A stretch of DNA of 64,000 nucleotides from Octopus vulgaris (lineage: Eukaryota): assembly GCA_951406725.2 (NCBI GenBank), contig OX597814.1:16120001-16184000 (forward strand), given 5' to 3'. Below the pieces are notes generated by a model that was not told the origin of the DNA, did no database searches, and was given only the letters and a program-made list of their open reading frames with translations. Below, in pieces: positions 1-11,470 of this stretch. Position numbers and translations under genes: made by a program. Numbering within the stretch: position 1 is the first letter of the stretch; each line of letters begins with the position of its first letter.

Positions 1-1910
1 TCATTTTTCATAAAAGGCCGCTTTAACTATTTGCCATTTAACTAATTTTGCATTTTCCACAGTCTAAATCTTCCGATATATCACGGTCATTATAGCATGT
101 CAGTCTCTTGATCAGATAAATATAATTCTGTCGTAAAACGGAAAGCGACCCTTCTCTAGTTTTGGCTAACAAACTGCGTGTAGACCACTGAAAAGAAGTA
201 ATGATTTACTAATTTCGTTCTACCTAAATGACATACCTACCTCTGACTTCACTAATCACCATTTGCTTCTGCTCTCCCTGGAAGTCCATGTTCAGCAAGG
301 CCTTGAGTAATTAAACCTAATTCATACTCCATTTATTTACTTTTTAAGTCACTTAGTCTTTTGGTACCTAGACTTTTATCTACTTAGACCTTTCATTTTC
401 TCGGATTGGCGCAACCACTGCTATTTGTAACATACAAAAACTGTTTGATGATGGTTTCGTGCGTTCATGATAAATTGAAATATTGAAAAATGCGTATAAA
501 ATATAATGTCTCAAATCATAAATATTCGGCTAAAGTTGACAGCTTCTGAAGGAACCATAATTTATCGATGTTATATTCCGTCAAACGCCTTAGACTGATG
601 CACATTCATCAAAACTGTCTTATTTTCGGGCATACTATATGCAGCGGTTTTCCTTGATATATCTTTTCGTTCAATAATTTTGCTTTTAGAGTATTTTTGC
701 AGGAAATAGGATGGGTAAACATCAAATTGTGTTGCACGGCTCTATGGATAGGGAATATAATAAATAACTGGGTTTTCTGATTGAATTTTGATGTAAAATA
801 CTTCAGTTCACGTCACATAATGGCAATACCTAACTGAGAAAAGTAAAGATAACTCTGTATCATATTGTGGTTAAATTTTTGAGTACACATATGTAGATTT
901 ACGCGAGAGAAAATACAAAACAAACGAACAAATTATTAACAAGATGTCTTTATATCACCATTTATTTAAACGAAAATAACGAAAAAAGAAAAGATTTAAA
1001 GTTTTTTCTTCTTCATAATTATGTATATGCCACCGTCTATAATAAGATTACATACCATTTCGTTCAGCTATCTTTTCTCATTATGTCCCCCACCCTGTTT
1101 ATTAAACAGCGTTGTCATTTTCTTATCATGATTGGATTTTCTTCAACCAATATTATATTTACAGAAAAAGAACGCCTTATAATACTAATTATTTCCAAGA
1201 TTTACACACATGCATACAAACTCAGACATAGGTTCAAACACTGGAACACAGACTAACATAAACACATGAAGAGGTAGGAGACATAGTACACACAAGAGCG
1301 AAAATATATAGTACACACATGATCCTACAGACGCGCTGCAATCTAATAAACGTTATAGATTAACTAAACGAAATACAATAAAAAATACCAAGTAACCACA
1401 ACAACTCCAATTAGAAAACGAAAGTACCCTATTAATTTTAAAAAATGTGTTCGAGAACGTTAATGAAACATTTTTAATATCCTTTCAGTATTAATGAAAA
1501 AGTATTGTCGGAGACATAAGATTTTGAGAGTAAAATCTAATTATTTTTTAAATGAATTCTTTCATGCTTAGATGATTTTCATTGACACCTAAGAAGAAAT
1601 TTAAAACTTTTTACAAAAATTTACAAATAGATATTAAACGAAAATCTATAACGAAAAATATTTTATCGTCATTTCTGAAATAAACCCCCTAATAGCTTCA
1701 GATGAGAAAAATACAACAAATGTGATCGTTATTTATTTATAAGTATTTGATTTAAATAGTTTTGCCATAATTAGAAAAATGAAATTCTTTTAATTTTTAT
1801 TTTCTCTTAATAACATTTTTTCTTTTATTTCCTCTGTCTTGCTTAAACATGTTCAACAGTATGTTCTCTGTCATACTCCAAGCCATGCCAAGTTTTTATG
1901 CCTTCATACT

Positions 1911-1911
1911 A

Positions 1912-1967
<56 letters not shown>

Positions 1968-2016
1968 TATATATTTATATATATATGTACAAATATATGG
2001 TGTATGTATATGTATG

Positions 2017-2049
<33 letters not shown>

Positions 2050-2192
2050 ATATATATATACATATGCACGTGTGTGTATGTGTGCGAGTGTGCGTGTATG
2101 CGTGCGTGCGTGTGTATGTGTGTGTATGTGTGTGCCAATGTGCATTTACAAACATAGAAGCACGCACAGATGCACACACACACACACACACA
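1911..2192. repeat. Compound microsatellite (TA)n/(TG)n/(CA)n
   Basis: Direct reading; explains the YI/CV/TH-repeat ORFs here. Confidence 0.95.
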
Positions 2193-2448
2193 TAATGTTG
2201 GATCACTACGAACAAATCATCTGTGCAGGTTGTTCGGCAAAAGCTTCCACGGGAGAGTCCATCATATATATATATAAATTTGTAATAAAAATAAATATAT
2301 CCGCCTCTCATATTTTCAGATATTTGGGGGTTTTATACATACATATATATGATTGTGTGTACATACATCCATACAGATATATACGTACATAGGGATAAAT
2401 TGCTAGATAAATTAATCTGTACATATTCACACACACACATATAGCCCG

Positions 2449-2488
<40 letters not shown>

Positions 2489-3057
2489 TTATGTGTGTGT
2501 CTGTGTGTTCATATGGTGAACTATGATACACAGTAGCTTACGATATATTTTCATTATTTGATATACTTAAAATAAATCTAAAACAACACCTAATACATGT
2601 AATGTTTATTAACGGCTTTTTCTCTTGAGAAATATCACAAATATGTAGTCAATAATAAAGATTTGTTACATAGGTACGAAGGCACGAATTTAGTGGAAAG
2701 ATATGCGCAGTCTCTTTTTTTATTATTTATCGAACTTGAAATGATAAAATGTCTTATCCAAGTGGGATTTGAACTTAGAATAGAAAAAAAGAACATAGAC
2801 AAATACGTCTCAACATGCTTTTGAACGCTGTACTAATTATGCTATCAGCCTTACCTCTGGGAGCTACTAATGATGGTTCACAATTAGCTGAATGCAGGCG
2901 GAACACACACATAAACACACACATACACACATACACGCACATGCACACACGCATATACTTATGCTTATATGAAAGTACAGAGACACAAACAAACGTACAT
3001 ATACGCACAGACTTTCACACGGATACATTTATATGAATCTTGTAACCTGGCCTGTTC

Positions 3058-3260
3058 GGAGAATCATTAGAACACTGGGCAAAATGCTTAGCGTCGTGTC
3101 GTCCGTCTTTACGCTCTGAGTTCAAATTCCGTCGAGTTGACGTTGCCCTTCATTCTGTCAGGGTCGATTGAAAATAAGTACCAGTTGAACACTGAGGTCA
3201 GTGAAATAAACTTTCTGTCTCCCTCGAAATTACTGGCCTTGTGCTAATCTGCGAAAGCAA
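3058..3260 (+). mobile_element. Degenerate tRNA-derived SINE, family A (short tail)
   Basis: Aligns by eye to the 35653 copy: 'aaaatgcttagc...ctgagttcaaattcc...gggtcgattgaaaataagtaccagtt'. Confidence 0.8.
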
Positions 3261-3590
3261 CATTTGCCCTGCGCGCGTAAGCGAAAGCTGGGTATTGTAA
3301 TCATTCATCTTAGTTTGTCTGTGTGAAAGAATCGAATGCGTTTGCTATGTCGTATTCGAAAACCTTTAAAACTGGCGGCAACGGTAGTCAGCGGGCCGTT
3401 TATTTCCATGGTTGAAAACTCAGCCAGTATCTGACTTCTGCAGGTTTGACTGCTGTAGCCGCCTGCTGGCAAATCTCACCTGTTTTACAATAAAATACCC
3501 AATCTCTGTGCTGTTTTTACAGCTTTACTGCTTACGAAATTAACTTTCTTTTCTGTAAAATACCAAACAAAATCGACGCTTGCAAAAAAA

Positions 3591-3652
<62 letters not shown>

Positions 3653-3799
3653 TAGGTGAATGAATTATCCTATGTTCATCGTCAGCATGGAAAATTCGTT
3701 TAATCGAAACCTGGGTAACAAATTCACGTCAGAAAACACGGTTGAAGCAACCTGTCAAGGGTAGAAACTCCGGGTTCATGTGTAGAAATTTGTGTGTTG

Positions 3800-3884
3800 T
3801 ATATGAATAAATGAAAGAATGGAGTCGAACGAAGATGTTTTGTTAACATCTTCGTTCGCCTCCATTCTTTCAATTATTCATATA
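3800..3884. repeat. 40-bp inverted repeat (hairpin), 38/40 matches, 5-nt loop
   Basis: Arms 3800-3839 and 3845-3884 are reverse complements with 2 mismatches. Confidence 0.95.
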
Positions 3885-3908
3885 TATATATATATATATA
3901 TTTCAGTC

Positions 3909-4091
3909 GGAAGGCAGGTTTATGGGATTAGCCTGGGTTTCTCGTCCATAAAGGGTTTAGCTTTATGGCGTATCGCCAGTCCTCAGAACCTGTTGGCCTA
4001 AGACTAAAGAGTTTTGGAGTCTGACGATATGCTACCAAGCTAAACACTTTATGGACAGGAAAACCAGGGCAATCTCATAAACCAGCCTTCC
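3909..4091. repeat. Imperfect 183-bp palindrome, MITE-like or fold-back
   Basis: Symmetric about base 4000; e.g. 'gtccataaagggtttagctt' versus 'aagctaaacactttatggac'. Confidence 0.85.
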
Positions 4092-4149
4092 CCATTAAAA
4101 TGTACACTGCTCTACATCTTAGAGAGTGCTTCTCCGGATTTATGTTTTC

Positions 4150-4285
4150 TACAAGCGTAAAACGTAAAACCACCTTTCTTTCCTTCCTCGAGCGTCTGCT
4201 AATACTTTGCATGTACCACGTCCTCGCGCTGTTGTTTTTTCTTTGTGTTTGTTTTTCGTTTTTTCTCTTTGTATTTCCTATATCT
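4150..4285 (+). mobile_element. Probable Penelope-like terminal repeat fragment
   Basis: Resembles 43560-43660 ('gagcgtctgctaatac' vs 'gagcatcagtctaatac'), which carries a hammerhead-like core; lies upstream of a GIY-YIG remnant. Confidence 0.5.
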
Positions 4286-4301
4286 ATATATATCGACAGG
4301 G

Positions 4302-4684
4302 TGGAGGCGCAATGGCCCAGTGGTTAGGGCAGCGGACTCGCGGTCATTGGATCGCGGTTTCGATTCCCAGACCGGGCGTTGTGAGTGTTTATTGAGCGAA
4401 AACACCTAAAGCTCCACGAGGCTCCGGCAGGGATGGTGGTGATCCATGCTGTACTCTTTCACCACAACTTTCTCTCACTCTTACTTCCTGTTTCTGTTGT
4501 ACCTGTATTTCAAAAGGGCCGGCCTTGTCACTCTCTGTGTCACGCTGAATATCCCCGAGAACTACGTTAAGGGTACACGTGTCTGTGGAGTGCTCAGCCA
4601 CTTACACGTTAATTTCACGAGCAGGCTGTTCCGTTGATTCGGATCAACCGGAACCCTCGTCGTCGTAACCGACGGAGTGCTTCC
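4302..4684 (+). mobile_element. Full-length tRNA-derived SINE, family C, with perfect 14-bp TSD
   Basis: A-box 'tggcccagtgg', B-box-like 'ggtttcgattccc'; 'atatatcgacaggg' at 4288-4301 and 4685-4698. Confidence 0.9.
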
Positions 4685-4879
4685 ATATATCGACAGGGCG
4701 AGAGATAGTTGAGAAAGTGTTAAAAATGCATAGAAATCATACTATCACCGGCAGGATGCGATTGTAGAGTTTAGAGTGAATGATCAACAACAGCAACAAC
4801 ACCAAGACTGGACCCAATAGTGACAACAACATCGACTGCGTTAAGGAGACCAACAACAGCGGATGCAACACCACCAGAA

Positions 4880-5230
4880 AAAGAGCAATGACACGGAAAT
4901 ATATCGGTTCCACAGGCAGCCCGTTCAAGGAACGCCTGATTAAATACAGACCCGCCTTTAGGATATGTAAGATAAACGCAACATCACATACCTGGCCAGC
5001 TACGTATGACGTTTAAAAGAGGATGGTACGCCATACATAATTTAATGGTGGCTTCTAGAACAACCACCTTCTTTTCTCAACGGGAGCAACAACAAAAAAA
5101 ATGAGCAGGGATCTTTGCTTAGCCAAAGGAGCAAGTATCCTGAAAAACTCACTTGATCCGCGGACATTTTTAAACTTCAAAAACAAAGTATTTAGTCAAT
5201 GTTGCTAACAGGAAATTCTGTATTCGCAGC
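4880..5230 (+). pseudogene. Penelope-like GIY-YIG endonuclease remnant (Naiad-like motifs)
   Basis: Across frames: KYIGSTGSPFKERL, TYLASYV*RLK...YII*WWLL, DLCLAKGASI, FLNFKNKVFSQC; stops and frameshifts present. Confidence 0.75.
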
Positions 5231-5905
5231 CTACGAAAATGCCATTGCTAACATGGCTAGAAACAACGTAACAGCGGTAACTTCTGCCTCGGCCAAGGCT
5301 GTAATTGTACGGGTTCCGTTCCAGAAATCTTTTGCTTACAAAATTAACTTCCCTCCCGGTGTTGAGAGGTTATGTACCTGCAACCATTTGAGTCTGACGT
5401 TTCACCTATACAATAGCCACTTTCTGACCTGCCATAACAAACAATCTTCTAAGTAAAAAATAGCTCTAATGCAACCTTTTAAATATACACCTGCTATAGT
5501 GCATCTTTTTCGGGTAAATGAACTATAGACCGATATGTGTGTGTATGTGTGTGTGCATGTGTGTGTATATATTTAGGTGTATAGTCACAAATTACAATAC
5601 TTTTAAATTATTTGATTTCATCATTTCGACGCAACATTTAAATAGACAATAAATCTCCGAAAACACGTTGCAAGAGAATTCCTATGACCTCGCTTAGTGT
5701 CATAGATTCCATCAAATCGCACCCTCCCATCCTAGATAAGGACGAGAAAAGTTGGTTGACATTGCGCGATACTTCCCTTCAGTATCCTTTTTTTTATTTA
5801 TTTCTTAATTTAATTCGACCCTTCTTAAGATCATTTACTAAGATTCTTTATGATTGCTCTCGTTTTACTGGCCAATAAGCTGACTATTGTGTTCTTAAAT
5901 TTTTA

Positions 5906-6281
5906 TTCTTTTACTTGTTTCAATCATCTGACTGCGGCCATGCTGGACCACCGTCTTTAGTCGAGCAAATTCTTTGTGAGCCTAGTACTTATTCTATCGG
6001 TCTCTTTTGTCGAACCGCTAAGTTGTGGGGACGTAAATACACCAGCATCAGTTGTCAAGTGATGGTGGGGGGGGACACAAACACGGACACACAAATACAC
6101 ACACACATATATATATACGACGGGCTTCTTTCAGTTTCCATCTACCAGATCCACTCACAAGGCTTTGGTCGACCCGAGAATATAGCAGAAGACACTCGCC
6201 CAAGGTAACATGCAGTAGGACTGAGCCCGGAACCATGCGGATGGTTAGCAAGATACTTACCACACAGCCACTCCTGCGCCT
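5906..6281 (-). mobile_element. Near full-length tRNA-derived CORE-like SINE, family B
   Basis: Minus strand: head 'aggcgcaggagtggctgtgtggtaag', 'ccttgggcgagtgtcttc', internal (TA/TG)n, tail 'ccagcatggccgcagtcagatgattgaaacaagtaaaag'; many copies in window. Confidence 0.9.
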
Positions 6282-6613
6282 TGGTGTTGCCATTATATCC
6301 GGTTTATTATTTGTTCTTAAAACTTGCGTTTTGACATACGTGTAGCGGTATCTTTTTTAATACAACGATTCTTTGTAATGGCATTACTCCTGGTATTGCT
6401 AAATGAATGGCTTGCCTGTATTCAATGCCAAAAATCAGTTGCTGTATATTACTTTCTATTGGCCAGTTTCGATATTGACAAATTTATAAAGATGGATTTT
6501 GTAATTATATCCTGTTTTGTTTATTGTTTCAAATTCGTACATCGGTTTCCATTGATGAATTTGAAACCACATGAGGCTACTGAAAAAAAAATTTTACACT
6601 GCATACATATATA

Positions 6614-6670
<57 letters not shown>

Positions 6671-6674
<4 letters not shown>

Positions 6675-6866
6675 AGATGTACTCGCATAGCAAGTAATTT
6701 GATCTGAGATCGTGTGCTGAAACGAAAACAATTGCAGCGTGGGAGGTGTTTATAAGCCATTTAAGAAACACACAAAAGCCGTTCGATTCACTCCAAAATT
6801 TAAGTTTAATTTGTCAAAATATTTTCGTCGCTAAAATCCGCGACCTGTTCACTGACAAAGTCCGTG

Positions 6867-6869
<3 letters not shown>
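6671..6869 (-). mobile_element. ~200-bp (TA)n-flanked repeat carrying a hammerhead motif; probable PLE terminal repeat
   Basis: Second diverged copy at 41785-41972 in opposite orientation; shares 'tcagcacacgatctcagatcaa' and 'agtacatctc'. Confidence 0.75.
6810..6859 (-). ncRNA. Minimal type I hammerhead ribozyme with G3-C8 core variant (predicted)
   Basis: Minus strand: tttgtca-GTGAACA-g-gtcgc-ggatttta-gcgac-GAAA-atat-TT-tgacaaa. Stem I 7 bp, stem II 5 bp, palindromic stem III region. Confidence 0.7.
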
Positions 6870-6907
<38 letters not shown>

Positions 6908-6976
6908 TGCGTACAAACGAACATAGATATATACATACAAACATACATGCATACATACATACTTACATAAGTTGAT

Positions 6977-6977
<1 letters not shown>

Positions 6978-7045
<68 letters not shown>

Positions 7046-7046
7046 C
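6978..7046. repeat. (CA)n microsatellite
   Basis: Direct reading. Confidence 0.95.
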
Positions 7047-7231
7047 AGAGTTTAAGTGTTAGTTTTTTGGTATCTGTAATTTCAAATTAGCCATTAAACA
7101 TCAATGTAGAAACAAAAAGAGCACAGAAAAGGATGTGATGGCGAAATACATGCATACATGTATGAATAAATACATACGCACATACATGCTTACATACATA
7201 CAAACATATATACACGTGTCTGTGTGCGTGC

Positions 7232-7265
<34 letters not shown>

Positions 7266-7271
<6 letters not shown>

Positions 7272-7462
7272 ATGAAGGGTGAAATTAATTAATTTGGATA
7301 ATTATCAATTACACCAAGTAGTCTTCGGCAAAGTAGTCTTCCCTCTTACCTGTTTGTGTCTGCCTTCCAATTGTGTTTTTACGAGATCTCCTTTAGTAGA
7401 TATATATATACTATTTCTAAATTCGGTATTGGTAAGGCAATTCGTTGCCAAACCCTTTATTG

Positions 7463-7466
<4 letters not shown>
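7266..7466. mobile_element. (TA)n-embedded element with imperfect inverted ends; possibly two PLE tails in opposite orientation
   Basis: Ends 'taataatgaagggt' and 'accctttattgtta'; left part resembles 25431-25490, right part resembles 46912-46966. Confidence 0.5.
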
Positions 7467-7504
<38 letters not shown>

Positions 7505-7809
7505 GTATATATATATATATATACAAATAAATGTGTGTGTATATATATATATATACAGAGTGAGAGAGTGATGGGGTAGAGAGAGATGTGGGTAGAGAGA
7601 GAGATGTGGGTAGAGAGAGTGTACGTGTGTGCGTGCACTCGTGCGTGTGTGAGCGTGTGTGTGGGGAGGGTGTAAAGTAGAAATTGATTACTATTGAGAT
7701 TGTCATATACGTTTATTGTATTAAATAAACAGTTAGATAAATGTACGTATATTTACTTATTTACATACATGGATGGAAAGAGGTAAATACAAAGACAAAC
7801 AGTAAAGAT

Positions 7810-7860
<51 letters not shown>

Positions 7861-8713
7861 TAATACAAGCATTCATGTTCATAGATATACAAACGGACTA
7901 GAAGGTAAATATATGTAGAATGAAAATGTTAGGGAGAGTTCAAGAATATAATATTACTTTAATAGTATTCTGACTAATTTACAGTAACTGAAGCCGGCCT
8001 CATCATAACACTGGTGTCAACACGTACGTTATAGATGCTAGAAAAGGGATGATAATCAACGCAAGAGTAGAATTACTGTCGCCATACCATATTTAATAAC
8101 TTGTACCAGTTTAATGTATGAAAGGGAAAAAGAAAACGCACCCTACAATACTTATATACATAAATACACATATATATATATACACACAACACACACACAC
8201 ACAAATATGTATATATGATTGAGTGTCTTTATGTAAGTTCGTATGCTTGTTGTATGAATGTATACTTAGAAATATTGTTATTTGGATATGTATTGTGAAT
8301 AGGAGTTTCACGGGTGCAAGGTTTGCAAGGCGATCTCTAGAGAATAAACTGATATATCCGTCCTTTGTTGATTATTCACTGATCACTCCGTAATTAAAAT
8401 GAACATCATTTTGAAAACTATATGAGAAAAATAAAAGAACAAAAATTCGCCTCGCAATAAATTAATATCTACATGAGAAAACACGCTCGGATAATATGTA
8501 AATCTGATAATGTTCATATATCCTTGTATGAATATTTTTCTACTTGTTTTTTCACTTTCTCGTCTCTTGCATCCTCACTCTTTCTCTCCTGCAACAATTA
8601 TATCACACCCACTGAAATATAACACATACAGACACAGTTACCATATATATTTTTGCATGTATCTATCTTTCTCTATATGCATACCTGCATACATTTAAAC
8701 ATATGCTTACGCA

Positions 8714-8752
<39 letters not shown>

Positions 8753-9009
8753 GTAAGTCCCACAGGTGCACGCACATATATTGGAAATTATATGTACAAG
8801 TATATGTTCCACTACTAACTATTTATACTTAGATTTCCACATAGATTCGCATTATCAGGTCGCCTTGCTGTATAGTGGTTACTTAATTTCCATAATGTGT
8901 AGTATGATCAGTTATAAACTACAGAGCAAATGTGGGAAAACTAAAAAATATACATAAGTTTATACTAAAGTTCCTTTATTTTAAACGTCTATTTAACCTT
9001 CCTTTTCCG

Positions 9010-9042
<33 letters not shown>

Positions 9043-9070
9043 GTTCTGACAAGAATTTCTTTGTAAGCTC

Positions 9071-9152
9071 AGGCGTGGCTGCTGCGTACCACATGTCTTC
9101 TACTATAGCCTTTTGTGTGAATTTGGAAGACGGGAACAGAAAGAAGCTCATA
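9071..9152 (+). mobile_element. Internally deleted SINE B fragment
   Basis: 'tgtcttctactatagcc' and 'atttggaagacgggaacagaaagaagc' match family B. Confidence 0.65.
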
Positions 9153-9173
9153 CATATATAAACCCAAACACAC

Positions 9174-9235
<62 letters not shown>

Positions 9236-10183
9236 GATGTATGGAGATATATATATAAAGTGTGCGTGTGTGTGTGTTGGAGAGAGACTTGGGAACTGTT
9301 TTAGGAGATATATATTAAGGTATGACTAAGTAAATCTCAAACTAACTCAGCTTTATAGAGAAGCATGCAGTCTAACGCATGCACGGTTCTATACATACTA
9401 ACACTCGCATTGGCAGATATCCGCAAGCATGGTAAAATGAAAATGCAATGAACAATGAGAAAAATTTAATACTTGCCTCGTTTAGCGTCTAGTACACCTA
9501 CCTCAAGTTCATAATTAATTTGTTTCCAGCATTCCTCAAAATTTGAAAGATATGTCAAATTGCACTTGGTACGAAATCTGAGCGATACTGTGACACAAAC
9601 AACACTAACTTCCTCCCTTTGAAGGGATAAAATCCACGTACACTATGACCATCGAGCATTATAATAATATATTATTATGAAATACGAGGTGAGGAAGAAA
9701 ATATATTAATCCATTTTTTTTTACTGCTATCAATCACTGAGATACAGCCGTGAAAAGGCACCGCCTTTAAGGTTTCTTAGTAGATCTTGTTGCTCCTAGT
9801 TCTAGTTTCAGTCTGGTCTCGATTCTATAGAATCTTTTTCTCAAACCGTTAGATAAACAGATAGGAAGTAACGCCAAAACGCTAACTGCATTTAAAAGTC
9901 GATCCATGCACACACACACACACATACACATATAATTATATACACATATAAATGTACATATGCTTATATATATATATATATATATGATGAACATTTGTAT
10001 CTAGTAGGTAAATCCACCTTTTTGACAATAATTAGCAAGCGGAATTTCATTAAAGCAATTCTGTAGATGCGTGTCGTTTGCATACGTACACAAACATATT
10101 TAATAATATATATATACACTTATGTATGAGTGTGTCGGTTTATCTGTGCAAATATGTATGTATGCCTGTATATATATATACAG

Positions 10184-10224
<41 letters not shown>

Positions 10225-10299
10225 CATACATATATATACATATATATACATATATAGATATACATATACATATATAGATACACATATATACATATATAC

Positions 10300-10725
10300 A
10301 TACACCAAAACAATTAAAACCATCCACTTTCGCCGCAGCATTTTTGCTTAACGCCCAAGGCATCAGCCCTTCCACCAATGCTCAAAAATGGAAAATAAAA
10401 TTCCTGGAGGACTGGGTTCATGCCCATCCAAACCACATCTCTTTCTTCGTCCTCACTGAAACCCATCTTAGTAACCTCCACTTAGAAGCCGAGGTGAAAG
10501 TGAAAAATTTCAAAGCCATTCGTGCTGATCGTGCTGGCAGAAGAAAGGGTGGGACTGCCATTTATGTTCATAATTCTTTCTCAACAGAGGCTATGAACAT
10601 ATTTTCTAATGGATACTGCGAAGCAGTCGCTGTATTCGGTGAAACTAACAACTCAGTAGTAGCTGGGCTCTACAGACCACCCCAAACGCCCCTACCATGC
10701 TTCAAGGAATGCCTCAACAATGGCT
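10300..10725 (+). pseudogene. Isolated apurinic-like (APE/EEP) endonuclease N-terminus of a CR1-type LINE ORF2
   Basis: ORF 10344-10736: LNAQG, LTETHL, RADRAGRRKGGTAIYV, GLYRPP; no RT follows. Confidence 0.85.
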
Positions 10726-11434
10726 CATATATATAACTTTAAAATTCTACTTGGACATTATACATATATACTATCATGGATAAATTGAACGAATCACTAC
10801 ATACTGACTCCACCTTCTAGAAATCGCAGCCAAATACTCGTTAAAATCATGCATCGGTGTCTTACTAAATAAAAATGTATATTGGAAAATATGGTCTTTG
10901 ATACATAAACAGTCGGGACGACAATGGAATAAACGCTTAATAATAGAGAATTCTTCGATAGGAGTCAGCCCGTGGCTATTTCTCAGAATCAAAGATAAAA
11001 TTATATAAGATAAGATTTGAGAGATTTTATTCGCAATTCCTACAGCATGAACCTATTCAAATATGATATAACTAAGGAAAAAGTTAGGTAATATTCTGAG
11101 TATATCACGTCTGATGTCATTTTACAAGCGACGTTAGTAAAACTTAAATATGTTAGTTGTTTAAAACCATTTTTTTTCTATAGGTTTTTTTTTTCCATTC
11201 TATATATTTTTCCCTTTGTAGCCTGCATTGAATAAATTTATGCAAGACATTCTGGTTATTGCTATGTCTTTGTCTTACAAAATAATACATCGAGAACTAC
11301 ACCATCTATTCTATACTTCGATGGAGATGTATTCACTATATTTTCACAAACCTTAGTATAAATTTTGTGCTGTTCGTCTAAGGTTCTCTGACATTCTTTC
11401 TCTCTCTTTTCCTCTCTCCCACTACCTACCATTC

Positions 11435-11470
<36 letters not shown>

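Noticed and set aside
1849-1915. Possible small exon after a pyrimidine tract ('...caacag')
   Set aside because: No recognisable peptide and no convincing donor; runs into microsatellite.
4020-4050. 'ctgacga...aaac' hammerhead-like string
   Set aside because: Lacks GAAA and stem I; explained as one arm of the 3909-4091 palindrome.
4302-4376. tRNA gene
   Set aside because: tRNA-like head continues into a SINE body bounded by a TSD; no convincing acceptor stem.
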